Shown here piece after piece: positions 16,438-29,300 of a stretch of DNA of 64,000 nt. The notes below the pieces were generated by a model. It made no database searches, was not told the DNA's origin, and saw only the letters and a program-made list of their open reading frames with translations. Source of the stretch: Tubiluchus corallicola (lineage: Eukaryota > Animalia > Priapulida). The stretch lies in contig JAQGDQ010000082.1 in the NCBI GenBank assembly GCA_030141605.1, positions 1 through 64,000 of the forward strand, read 5' to 3'. A program made the position numbers and the translations under genes. Positions within the stretch are counted from its first letter, which is position 1. Every line of letters starts with the position of its first letter.

Positions 16438-17725
16438 TAGTTTAGGTAGTTTTTACCACTATCATCTTCAATGCTTGTAGCAACATAGATATATAACATA
16501 TTATGAACATTACATTGAACGAAAATAAAGGCCCACGTAGACAGAGAACCTACATTCACATGTTCTTAGTAATAGGCTAGGCCCAATTTACAGTTCTGTT
16601 ACTTAATCGTACGGTTTCATAATGTATCAACGTTTAATAAGCATGACACCAAAATAGCTGTGCCTCTATCCATTAGTGAATACAGTAGCCATGTGCGTGA
16701 ATTTCACAAGCATGCATGGCATTAGAGTTGGAAAAGGCTCCTATAATTTCTATTTACAATATATCTGCTCCACCATTTAAATCTTAATGTAATCAGTTGT
16801 ATAGGATCAGTGTTGTAAGAACTGCCTCCACTATAATTAGAAGTCCAATAAATACAAGTCCTTTGGTTTTTTCTGCTGCCAAGTCACCCTTCTTTATTAG
16901 CGCGATCTGAAAGGAGGTATGGTCCAATTATAAAGTGTTCATGAAATTTGCTGCTAATTATATTTTCATTATGTTTTTTATTATTTAAAACAGCTTAAAA
17001 AAGCAATAACAAAGTAATGCTACAGTCCACAGAGTAGCACTTACTTTTGGATATGTGAGAAATATCTAAGATATGATTGATCAGTGAACATATGTATACC
17101 AAAGGTAGCAATAAAATAAAAAAACAATATGTTTATATAAAAAGATATGTGAGAAATGATAGCAACTAAAATCAGAAGCATTACTCTCAGCCTTCCTCAC
17201 TTTCTCTCCCTCTCCTTTCCTCATCTCTCTCTCTTTCCTCCACTCTTCTCAGTCTGTCTTCCTCTGTTTCTTTCTCAATGTTCATTCATTTTGAAGAATC
17301 ATAATAGAAAACTGGCAAAACAATTTATTTTATTGTACCCTAATAGAATTTGATGGACTATCCTTAACCAAGTAGCACCTACAGTCATGTAAACATTTCC
17401 TGGTCTAATTCAGTTTATTAAATACTCTGGGGACTACTGTATAGGATTGGTGTCATGAAGTAATAAACCCACTAAACTTGAAAGTTATCAAAGTAGATAC
17501 CACAAATAGATATAACTGTGGGTTTAATGCGCTTTTATGATTTTTCTAATATTAGAATCAATTTTTATCACTTTTTCATGACCTGAAAAATCAAAAATAA
17601 AAAGAGTTTTTGAGGATATGAGCCACAAAACCAGTCTCACTGAGAAATTTCTCAATGACTGGTGGCCAACCTGTCAGATCAAAGTCATCAGTGTTCTTAA
17701 TCCAAGTGCAAATTACTTTTTTCAC

Positions 17726-17926
17726 AAAATGAAAATAATAGCCAGCACCCACTTTTATTTCTACCCACAGGTGTTAATCAGAGAATGAATTGTGTTGGAG
17801 AAACACAAGTTTATTTTTCTGTCACTTGACATTGTACTTCATGATAAGCAAGTTTACAATTTAGTATTTCAGTGTTTTGTTTCATAAAGTGGATTTTTAG
17901 TGGGTGCTGGCTGTTATTTTCATTTT
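17726..17926. mobile_element. ~200-bp MITE-like element with 28-bp inverted repeats
   Basis: AAAATGAAAATAATAGCCAGCACCCACT (17726-17753) versus the reverse complement of 17899-17926, with 1 mismatch. Confidence 0.55.
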
Positions 17927-18743
17927 AAGAATTCATTTTCCCCATCACTATCAGTTATTATATATAATAGTTATATCTCTTCTAGGATTTTGTGTGTTTT
18001 TGTCTATTTCTTTCAATTTTTCGCATACAGGGAGGTCAATCATTTCTTGTGACCCTGTACCATAATCTATTTTTAGTCTACTAAGGGCAAGCACACAAAT
18101 TGCATCTTCATCACATCAATTTTACTCCTTTCAAGGAAACATGAATTTTACGTTTTTTAGCTGCCCCAACTATGATTGTGCACAGCAAAAAATTATATTT
18201 TGTACAACTATTCTTAGGAGAAATTCAGGCTCAATGCTATGTTATGTTCAATGGTAACTCAAAGACCAAAGCTTTAAATTAATGTCATACATTCAAGGTT
18301 CTCACTTACATTCTTCTGGTATTTAACTATAATACTCATTCCAAGCCTGCAACAGGCTTAGATTTCATGGCTGACACCTGATATACATAGTTGCCAAAAA
18401 GTTATGGCCGATACAGTCATGTTAATTTTGGCAAACAAAAGGTAAAAAATTAGTGTACTCTAAAAAATAACGGACGATAAAAATTGCAGGCTCTAGCCTT
18501 TACTTAATTTATTCAGATTTACTAAATGTTTACCAAAATCATTTCAACTGCAACGAGGCCGACAAGTCCAATGCCCAGCAGCAAATATACAGCTCTATAT
18601 GCTAGAGATTGACTACCATGGAAAATACACAAGCACATTGCTACTATCACCGTGATGATCATAGTCAGTAGACATAAAAACAACATTGCTCTCTGTAAAA
18701 AACAGAAAATTGATATTAAACTGTTTAAAATTATCAATGTGTC

Positions 18744-19133
18744 CAGGGATGCCATGGATTTTCCAAATGCACATTAACACACTGTATCCACAGATTTTAA
18801 GTGGATATCCATGGATAGATCCATATCTATAAATGCCATGTATCCTCTTGATATCCAAAAAGCACAGTAAGCCTAGTTTATGCTTTCTATAGGTATTGAA
18901 CTAATTGTACTAGAAGACATAAATGTCATATATATATATATTATGATGACATTTATGTCCTCTAGTACAATTAGTTCAATACCTATAGAAAGCATAAACA
19001 AGGCTTACTGTGCTTTTTGTCATATATATATATACATATGTCATCACATATAGGTATCACTGTACATATCTATGATGTGGCCTAAATCTGACATCCACAC
19101 ATGTCATGGATATCCAAATCCATTGCAACATTG
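18744..19133. mobile_element. hAT-like MITE with CATGGATATCC subterminal motifs, containing a 74-bp internal palindrome
   Basis: Left end CAGGGATGCCATGGATTT versus right-end reverse complement CAATGTTGCAATGGATTT. Internal arms are 18856-18929 and 18946-19019. Confidence 0.5.
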
Positions 19134-20655
19134 GTAAAGAAGCAAAAAATATAGCCTATTCCAGAAAGCATCAAACATTCTATAGAAAGTTGCAATAAAA
19201 TCTGCAGCAAGATGGAAGTAACTGTCACATACCGAACGAGGACTAACGAGACGACCACTCCTGACTTGAGAATCTCTCTCCAGTTGCTCCTGTACGGAAA
19301 TCTGGGTGTCGTAGGACAAGCTGCCCAATCGAGGCCTCCTTCCCATTTCCGCCATTTCTTTAGATATGGAGATGCTTCTTGCTGCCATTCTTGCAATGCG
19401 TTTCATCAGACACAAAGATGTGTCGTATTTCTTTAATTTTCTTGGGTTTGTTAAATTTAATTAACTTATTAAGTTTACAGTTTTTAACTATCCCTTTTCT
19501 TTATCACTGCCATACTTTTGCCACTTTAATCACAAATGTCAACAACACTATAACAGTACTGCAGCAAATATGTTAGAAAAACTAGTCTACTTCACACTGG
19601 CCAAAAAAGTGCCAGCCTATTACTACCTAAACTGCACAACAGATGACCATTACAGCCCATCCAAATTACAGAATAAGTACTGTTATAATATGATACATTC
19701 ACACTTGCTTAAGCAGCTTATTAGTTTGCTTATTAGATGAAACCAAGTTTGAAAAGAAGTTCTGACCACACAAAATCTCTTTAAGTTACTTTCGTATTGT
19801 AATGTTGTTGCTATTGCACAAAATAACGTAGGCACTGCTTCACATCTCATTTGACTATTATTGGGAAATAAGATTGCTGTGTACTCGCCAACACAGTCAC
19901 ATTTTCATACCACATCAAAGCAAACCGTTTCGTTCTCAGTTTGGACACTCTTTCGGTCATTCACATAACTCGCTTTCCTCCAAATATTTAAGCAGATTAG
20001 CAAATGGATGCAAGTTACCCTGGTATAATGAGTAATTGTCACTAGTACATGGGGGCATGTTTATCTATTTGAATAAGTATGATATATCTTGGATAATTTG
20101 CTTAACATGCAGGTAAATATCATAAAAATGACCTTTGCTTCTGTGGTTGTAACCAGTAGACTTCATTTACCCATTTGCTATAATCAAAGGCATAGCGGAC
20201 CGCAACTAACGCTGAAATAAATGCTTGTGTAGCTTTCCTACTCTCTAGAGACAATAACTCAACTGTGAAATCGGCATCAAAATAAAATACTAACACAGTG
20301 TAAATACAGTCAAATTCACTAAATTTCTTCTGCTCCAAGTAAATTTTTATTGATCAAAAAAGTCTATCGTATACACCTCTCCAATTCCCTATTACTGATC
20401 GGGAAAATAAAAGATTACTATAGGACAAGGTGCCTCCCCAACACAACATTTCAATTACTCATTAATTTACTTGGAATACAAATAACTATAGTGTTTGGAC
20501 AATCCTATACCCAGTATGCCGTAAGTACAAATGTGGTAGACACTAAGTAGTTATTTTTTGTCGGTAGGTTAAAGTTTGTGATCACACTGTTTCTTTAAAA
20601 CTAAGTAATGCCAGAATTGTAGTGCAGCTGCATTCTTATGCTACAGTCTCACTTA

Positions 20656-23597
20656 TCATATATACTTAAATATGACATCTTTTTTACTAGAAACACTTTG
20701 CAATTCCATTTTGACTGGACACTTTAGCCATCTAGCTAACAGCTCCTCTGTGTAGCCAATCAAAAAATACATTTTTCGCGCACTGACAGTTTGCTGAACG
20801 ATTCCTGCTAGTATAATCATGTTGTGTCGTCGCTTGATGATAAGTTCCGATACGAATAGGTTATGCCAAGTGCCATGAATGAAATGTCGTATAAAGATGT
20901 CTTCATAGGTTATGTATGATGCACGTAGACCCTCATACAGATTACCTGAAATGGTGAATTTCAATTAGAAAAAAGAAACATATACGTGCTCAAGTATTAA
21001 CATTATAATAGATTATTCATTTACTATCAAACAAAAATAGATAGTGGCAAACAAAGTAAAACTGATAAGAGAAAACTATATATATTCGAATTATCTAGTC
21101 AATCCAGCACTATTCGATGTGCAGTGACCAGGTACTGGCTCACTATTAATGATATCACTCTAAGGTGAGTCACTGAACCAGCATGATGTATAATTGTATA
21201 TACATCCATCTCTATGAGGTAAACAACTAGAATCAGTATGACAAATGAAACCACTCATAGCCAGTGTTGAACCCAGGTGATCACGATCCACTCATGTCAA
21301 GCAGACACACAAAACTGCTCGGCTATGAACCCCTTTAATTCACCCTCATCAATAAAGCCCGGTCGTTTAATAGAAATTAACCCTAGCACCGAAAAAACTG
21401 TTGCTTTTCATATGTTGCCCAACATTCCAAATTGAAAAATAAAAAAATTATTGACGATGCTGATGATGATTATGTGGAAAATGGACAATGGAATAATGCC
21501 TACGTCATCTGTAAAGCGAAACAAACTCATTTTGCCAGAAGTAAATTTAAGAAGCAGCAGCAATTTTATAAAAATGATACTTTATTTGACGTCAGCAATG
21601 GGAAGGTGATGAAAACTCACTAACAAATGGCAACTTAATAAACCTAAAATTACATTTCTCATCGACTTCCAGTTTAGTTTTTATATGTTAATAGCACCTT
21701 CTACCCCCTGTTGCTCGGTAAATGACGAAACAGTTTGTATTTTTACATCACAATTTATGTTTTTGGATGCTGTGATGTTACAGTTCCCTAGTGAAAAGTT
21801 TGTTGGTTATTTTAGGGCTTACTTGTGTTCCAAGAATTCCAACTTTTCGTGACACCAATTCTAAATGGCGGTTGTGACATTTCGTACGTTAAAGGTTTGT
21901 CTTGCTTCAGTGTCACCTTGTATTGGCCTGTTCGAGCCTTTCTGTTGCACACTGACGTCGTGCTGATGCCTCGCCATGCTATCCAACATTGAGGAACTCT
22001 CTATAATAAAAATCCTACATTTGAAAAAGATATACATCCATGCATTTATATTTAACATACCAGACGTCAACACACTTTTATGGTTCCCACTGTATTCGGC
22101 TGCAATATTTTGCTTAACCCTTCATGCAGTTAAAAGAAACAAGTTGAAAATTGTGAGACAAAAACCATAAAAACATGTGTTCACGACTTCCAACAGTTAT
22201 AATGTTGCCTACATTAATAGTCTACTAAGTGTTGCCGAAAGTTTTAGGAAAACTAAATAATATTAATACGACAGAATCATTGCATAGTTGCAAAGATATC
22301 TGCAACACTAAAAAGAGCAGCTAACTCAAGTTAGGAGTATCAGTATACATGTATTGTAAAATATTTGCCATAATGAGTAATGGTTCTACACGACAATTCA
22401 ATTTTCAAGACTGATGACAATTAACATTGAATACAAAAAAATTAGTTGCTGAAATTCGGAGCTAAGCTGCTAGAGCACCTCACTTACAATAAACATTTTG
22501 AAATGTTTCACATGATCTTCGCAGAATAGTTTGCTTTCATACAGACTTTGTGTTTCCTGCACCAAACTCTATGTTCCTTATGATAGACTAGTGCTTCAGC
22601 ATTGTAATGTTGCCTGCATATTCTCAGAGTCAGACCAGTAGAGAAATTCCGTCATCCAGAAAATTTCAAAACCAGCTCTACTAACATTGTTTGCCATTTT
22701 CTTAAGCAGGGATTCAAGGCTTTTTTAAAGGGTCTAGATAAAGCTAAAAGTGCTTCACAATAAAGTGGGATTCCAGTACATTGCTGACTAGTATAGACAA
22801 TGCACAGTATTGCCACTGCATTTGTGATGTTACATTATCACATTTATTAAGTTAATAATGTACTTGGTGATTCTAAAATACTGCAAGTCTCATCTGATAG
22901 CTTTGGTAAAATTTGCATAATCAGTAGAATGAAACTGATATGCAAAAAATCAGGTGACTTTAACAGTGGCTTACAAGTGGGCCTATGAGAAAAAGCAAGC
23001 TGGATGTAGATCAATTTTGCATCTTCACATTTTCATTTTCTGGGTAGCCTGCTGTTCTGTGCCATTATTGTCTGTATTAGGTATATCGCTCTGTGGTAGT
23101 GGTGAAGAGAACAGAACTAACTGTGTTATATACTCTTTGTTATGGCTAGCCTATATATGTCAGTAGTTGAAAGCCTCTTGTAATTTTGTTGGATCAAGAG
23201 CCATTGATTGAGGTATAGGGAATGGAGCTAGGGAATCAGACAATATCAGTAGAGTCAGTGCATTGCCTATAAATTATGTATACTAGAAAATACACTAGGC
23301 AATGCATAAGTTCACTTAATCTGAAAGATGATTGGATTTGGATTTCTAATTGGATTTATTTACTCCCAAGTCTTCTTCAAGTATCACCTCCCCATGCAAA
23401 TCTTCATAGGATAACCACTAGCTAAGTTCTTCAAACTCATGGTTAAGATTACTTGAGTACAAACTACACTGCGTGTAGATTATTACTGCACGCAGATTAA
23501 TCACTTTGTATGAAATGTTCTTACAGGTATCATTGCTTTAATTTAATTAATTAAATTATCGTACCTCTAAAGAAAACATTTTCAAGGAGGCTGCCAT
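20656..23597 (-). CDS. MRPS24: Mitochondrial 28S ribosomal protein S24 (uS3m), 166 aa; exons 23597-23565, 22000-21823, 20945-20656
   Basis: MAASLKMFSLE / RVPQCWIAWRGISTTSVCNRKARTGQYKVTLKQDKPLTYEMSQPPFRIGVTKSWNSWNT / SNLYEG...EDIFIRHFIHGTW...IIKRRHN...YFLIGYTEELLARWLKCPVKMELQSV...VIFKYI. Boundaries are GT-AG and the total is 501 nt. Confidence 0.93.
21120..21327 (-). mobile_element. tRNA-derived SINE copy, same family as 4328-4600, in MRPS24 intron 2
   Basis: Minus-strand A box TAGCCGAGCAG, B box GGTTCAACAC, and shared body GTTCAGTGACTCACCTTAGAG...GGTCACTGC. Confidence 0.6.
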
Positions 23598-23804
23598 CTT
23601 GATTGACACAAATATTGTGTCACGTTCACTTATTGGCTATGGCAACCCAGGCAATCAATTAAATGCCTCGTAACAAAAATTTTGTAGCGTCATATTTGTG
23701 GACGTTGCCAATTCTGACAGTAGTGTTTTTGTACAGTAAAAGCAAATTGTTCTTTTATCGTGTTTTATATCACTTTATTAGTTATATAGGCTTTATCAGT
23801 AAGT
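23598..23804. promoter_or_regulatory. Putative bidirectional promoter MRPS24/SAR1 with a probable SAR1 non-coding first exon (donor GTAAGT 23799-23804)
   Basis: The genes are head-to-head. A YY1-like AAGATGGCAGC overlaps the MRPS24 ATG, a CCAAT box (ATTGG) lies at ~23632, and there are CACGT/GACGT cores. The SAR1 ATG exon is preceded by an acceptor (TTTTTTTTGCAG, 26364), implying an upstream UTR exon. Confidence 0.5.
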
Positions 23805-24219
23805 GAAAGCGCAAATTGTTTATTGACTAACGCTTATTTTGGTTATTTAGGCTTTTTAACTTTTAGGTACAATCAAAAGTATCAAATTAATCTGCACAAC
23901 TAAAACCAGTGTGCACTAATGTAGTAGAGTAGCCTGAACATTAGCCTCAATAAAAGTAAGGTTGACATTTAATCACTGATCAGTCAGCGGTAATATTAAA
24001 TCATATCTTCCCATTCGCCTTTACCAAAGAACTTTTATGTATTCAACCTGACTCTGTATCTTCTCTTGATACTATAGATCTTATTAACTGTTATAAAGTC
24101 ATTAGTGGTAGTTCTATTTTGTGTAGTGACAAAATTTTTTTTCTAGACCACTATGTGATTTACGTGGACACAATTCTAAATTATTTGTACAGTACCCTCG
24201 CACTAATATCAGAGCTCAT

Positions 24220-24320
24220 CTCTTGTGTTGTCGACCCTTGGAATTCACTTAATAGTGAAACAGTTGACGCATCAAATCTACCGCAATTTCGCAAATTGTT
24301 GAGGAAAAACCGGCAATAAC
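24220..24320 (+). mobile_element. CR1-type LINE 3' remnant
   Basis: VVDPWNSLNSETVDASNLPQFRKLL resembles the CR1 ORF2 C-terminal motif (VxxWNSL...V.A.S...F). Confidence 0.55.
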
Positions 24321-25989
24321 AGTGTTATAATTAGGTCTCTTAGACTTTGCGAGCAAGCAAGTACCTGAATTTTTCATACTCTAATTATTTGTACAGTAAC
24401 CCAGAAAAGTTTCCCCTAGTTTAATTAGAACTAATGCTAAGAGTTAAGATACTTGAATGACTAATGGATTAATGGGCAAACGGTCACTATAACAGATCTT
24501 TTAGCAAATCATTTGACCCAAGGTCTTTAGAGGGCAATTACCGTATTGATAGTAGAAGGATGGTAGACTTGATGACCTTTTGATCTTTTCATCACCCTGT
24601 CTCTCTTAACTGTCACGATATTTGTTACTGCCATGTTTACTATGTTATTGAGGCAAATAAGTTATTCTGTATTCTGGATAGCAATACACATCAACAGTTG
24701 GGGCTTAATATTTAGTATATTTAGTTGAATGGGCTTACATATGTATAATGTTGATTGTACAAGTATATAATGTCATTTATCAATGTATAATGTAAATTGT
24801 GTCATTTGATGATAATTTTTTTAAAGAATGAACATGGATAATAAATTATTTTATTATTTGGTCACCCTTCTTTACCAGTGCAGTCTTGCAGGTTCAAAAT
24901 TTGTTCATAAAAACACTATTTTTGGTTTTTACAGCAGAATATAGTAAAACTTAAATTACACCCTTGAGTGTTTACAAATGCATGCAGCAGTAGTACTTAG
25001 GCAAAATGGGTTTGTTGTTTGTTTTGAGCCACATCATTAGGTGTGATGTGGAGCCAAACACATAGGCTAAGTCACTTGTATAAGCCCGTATTCTGTTTAT
25101 TGCTGTTTGTGCAAGTATGTATCGCTTATTCCTATTGGACAGAGTACCGACTGCATAACAGGAAACCAATTGAATTGCAGTTGACAGATATTTGGTTTAC
25201 ACCCCTTCATGAATTCAGGTATTTAGCTGGAGTAGAAAGAATGAGCTACAGGAAATTGTGCTGTAGTGTCTCGAGCAAAGCTTACTTTTTATTGACCATT
25301 TCAATTTTTGCTTTGAAAGTTTTTATTGATATTTTTCTATAAACATAACATTTTGATATATTATCATTACTCAAAAGAAGATGATTTACGAAGAGATTTT
25401 TCAGGATTCTCTGAGGTTTGTTCTCTGTGACATATTTTGCCAATTTTTGTTGTACATTTTATTTTCTCTTACATCAATTTCACAGATCAATTCTAGTCAC
25501 GGTAATGAAGTTAAATTATAAATCAAATTCAAATAAAATAAAGTTGTTTTGTATTAGCTGATGGTTTTTTACTATATATATAAAATGATGGTTTTAAATT
25601 GGCTCTAGAATGGTACGTTTTGACTAAAATAACACCTGTTTGTCTATATCAGTCATTGATAATGTATGTCTTATTTTGATTATAAATGGTTTTTTCATCA
25701 TAAAGTGCTAGATTTTTATTATAATCTTCTAAGTGAATTGCTTTAATTAGGCTTTGACATTTGTTTCAGCTACAGTGGCTTTCCTTTTCTCTTAGGCTAT
25801 GTGTCTATAGAAGAGCCTCTATCTTTTACTGTATAATACATAATAATCGATGGGAATTTAGTATATTTTGTTATTGATCCCTCTACTTTTCCTCACTCTC
25901 ACTGTGAATAACTAAAAATTTGTAAAGATGTTACCAGTGGAGGACTTCATATCCTAGCTAAGTTTTGCTCCCAAGAAGGCCTGTTAGGA

Positions 25990-26290
25990 TCAATGTTTTT
26001 TCTGGGTGATTTTGCCAATTGATGTTTGTCTATGCGAGCCTTCAAATGAACTAAACTGTTGGACTCGACCATATGAGAAGGCATTAACTCTATGGGAGAA
26101 TACATCTTTCCTTTTGTTCCATCTTCCATGCTGTCTTGTTTTGAGCAGTTTAAATGAGTGTTCTCTTGTTCTTTGTGTGTCCCGTATGTTTATATGGAAA
26201 TCTATCTATCCCATGCAGTGTTCAATATACTTGTATCATGTCATGCCTGTTTCACCTGTATTAAGGCGACCAGTCCTAATTTCTTGAGAC
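25990..26290 (-). mobile_element. CR1-type LINE 3' remnant
   Basis: Degenerate TREHSFKL...FSHRV / PSHMVESNSLVHLKARIDKH motifs in shifting frames. Confidence 0.55.
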
Positions 26291-26377
26291 GTGGAGAATA
26301 TTTCTTATTTCCTAGTCTTGTGGATATATAGTTATTTCTTATTTGTTTTTCATTTTTTTTGCAGAAAACTTGCCGCC

Positions 26378-29300
26378 ATGTTTTTGTGGGATTGGTTTAC
26401 AGGAATGCTGCAGTTCCTAGGTGAGATAATATTGACACAAGTTTGCATTACCAGTGTACAACCAATAAATTTTTACTAGTTAGTAATCATTAGCTTTAGT
26501 AAATTTAGGCCTCGTGCAGACATGCAATTTTTAGTTGCACAACTTTTAATTGCGCACTTGGAAATTACTGCTATTTCTTCGTGCACAGAATTCAGGTGCC
26601 AGACATGCAATTTTTATTCGTGCAACTGGTAACTGTGGAGTACGGGATTCGAGGAGTTTGCTTGTGTTTGTTCAATATTGTGTTTACTCCCTAAAAAAGA
26701 AGTAAAATTTATAAACAGTGATCCAATAACTAACCAGCGATTGATAAAAAGTGTCATCTTCATTTATTAACTAAATTATTATTATTTCATAAGCCCAGTC
26801 AGTTTTGATGAACTTTTGCTAATTATTAGGCTGTACATATGTTTACCTATCTGACATCAGGTGGAAAAATCATTATATTCAGTCAGTATTGTATTACTCC
26901 AGCCTCAGACGTGAACTTGAGCTAGGGTGTCAGTGACTGGAGACTTGACTCAGACTTGAACTCTTAAGGGCTTGAATCTCAACTTGGACTCTAGCTGAAA
27001 GACTTGAATACAACATTGAGTTCTATAGTGCCTCGCCATAAGACACAGCCTTCTTGCACTTAACTACTGTGTCTTGAATAAATGTTTATGATGAAAAATC
27101 GCATGTCTGCTCACTTTCATTAAAAAAAATGCATTACAAAATAGTTGCACAACTAAAAATACGGAGCCCAGGTTGCAACTTTTTGTTGTGCAGTTTCCAG
27201 TTGAGTATGTCTTCACTCTCTCATTGACTTCAGTTATTTACTGATTTCGTAATGTTTAACTACGGACCTAAAAAATGCATACCTGCTCGGGGCCTTAGTG
27301 TAACTTAGCTACATGTTGTGGGCTGATTAAGAGTATATGAATTATATATATATGCCAAAATTTAAATATTTGACTAATTAGCAATATTAATTATTTACAG
27401 TTAGCTATTTCCTGTACTTACAGAGCTATTTTTACTCTTATTTTCTTACTCTTCAACATAATGTAATTTTTGTAGGTCTTACTTTTAGACAGTTAATTAC
27501 TTGCTATGAGAAAGGCAAGACTTATATGCGTGAAAGTGAACGTCTTGCTTGTGATGTGGACTTGAACAAATTCCAGGCGGCTGTTGTTACTAAAATCTAA
27601 TGAGTGCCTTTTGTAAAATTACTCTCTGAAAGACATCTGGAAAATTAACTTAAGCGTACAGTGTAGCCACAATATTGTAGTTTATTTACCTTTTTCATTA
27701 ATTAGATTAGTAAGCTTTTTCACAGTTTCTCTATGTGCACGCACAGCTCCTGTTGGTCAAAGGTTAAGTGAACACTAGTAAGGCATCTTCACTACAACTG
27801 CCATGTGACATGTGGGTAAAGCAAAGCTGTCTGCCGCATCAGTTCTGTAACTTCAGTCGCGATGCCATTTCCTTGTGTTATGTGGACTTTACTTAATTAT
27901 GCATTAGTCAGTGTGATGTAGTGTAATTTACTACAGTACCTTGCTTGGGACCAAGAAAAAATAAATTACGTAAGGTTCTAGCTAGCTGTCAAAACTTTTG
28001 CTACTGCAATAGCAATTGCAATGGGCTGTGAGGCATTGTCAAGTGTACTCAAATGCATTGTCTGGTTCACTTAACCTTTGACTTTCTTATGATCATCATC
28101 ATTCACTGGAACTGTGAAAAAGCTTATTTTTATTGGCAAAAATCCCTGGTATGTTACTTTCACAGAGCTCTGCTAATGTACAATTTACTTATATTTACAT
28201 AGTGTCTGTCTTTCTAGTTTTCACTTCTGTATCAGGAATATGCTGCAAAATTCTAACAACTTTTTACCTGCAGACAAAAAATTTGTTGACAGTGGGCTGA
28301 TAAAAGTGATAGTGTCAATACCTAATTATTAGGTAATCTGTTTGTGAAGTAGCTGAATTATATTTTGTTAAAAATTATTTGATGAAAGGTCTGCGTAACA
28401 AAAGTGCTAAGATTGTATTTCTGGGTCTCGACAATGCTGGCAAAACAACGCTGCTGGGCATGCTCCGTGATGACAGAATGCTCCAAGCGCCACCTACTCA
28501 CCATCCCAGTAAGCACATGGCATATCTGCTATATGGCACGCTTGCACGCAATGTCCTACTACATAGTATTTTAAAATTATATAAATGCTTCCTGTGCATA
28601 CTAACAATAGTTGTTTGTTAGTTTTAATGCAAGAAATTTGAGCACGTTTAGTCTTTTACTCTGTTTATAAAAATTTGTTTATGTGGGTGTTTACTAACTG
28701 CATGTCTTTCAATGTTTGCCTGTAGGCCTTTATAAAAAATCAGGAAAATTAATATTCCTTGGTTTGGACAATGCTGGCAAGACAACACTATTACACATGT
28801 TGAAAGATGATCGGATGGCACAACACGTACCTACATTTCATGCCAGTAAGTTCATTACTAAGTGTGTATTAGCTAAATATGTTAGTAAAGTGATGATATA
28901 TTCGTATTCATCATATCATCATAAAATGTACTTCTTATTTTGTCAACCAATATTTCCTTAAAATTACAATGAAACACTATTCATAAAAAGATACGATAAT
29001 CTTAAAGAGCTGTTATAGGATGAAAATTTGCCTTTTCTGTTGATGAGACATTTGGACCAGTGTAATATGACAGCTGAGAACGTATTTCTATCAAAGTAAA
29101 ATTGTCTTTCCGTTAAAGAATTATAATTGTAAGCATCTTCTAGTTTTGTGCATACTGACTGACTGATTAAGTGACTCATTCACTCAATTACATTCCTGTG
29201 AGAAGTTGGTTTTTCAGTTTTAAGGACATGACTGATCAATAGTACATCAGTTGTATTTGAAGCTCTACACTACAGAATTGGACAAGATCATATCCCAAAA

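Noticed and set aside
19082-19436. Overlapping ~100-aa ORFs in a GC-richer patch
   Set aside because: No recognisable domain or convincing exon chain; probably an old repeat fragment, though a BLASTx would be needed to exclude an exon.
28389-28508. Exon 2a as a second SAR1 gene or processed pseudogene
   Set aside because: Only this exon is duplicated, with matching phase and splice sites inside the single SAR1 locus.
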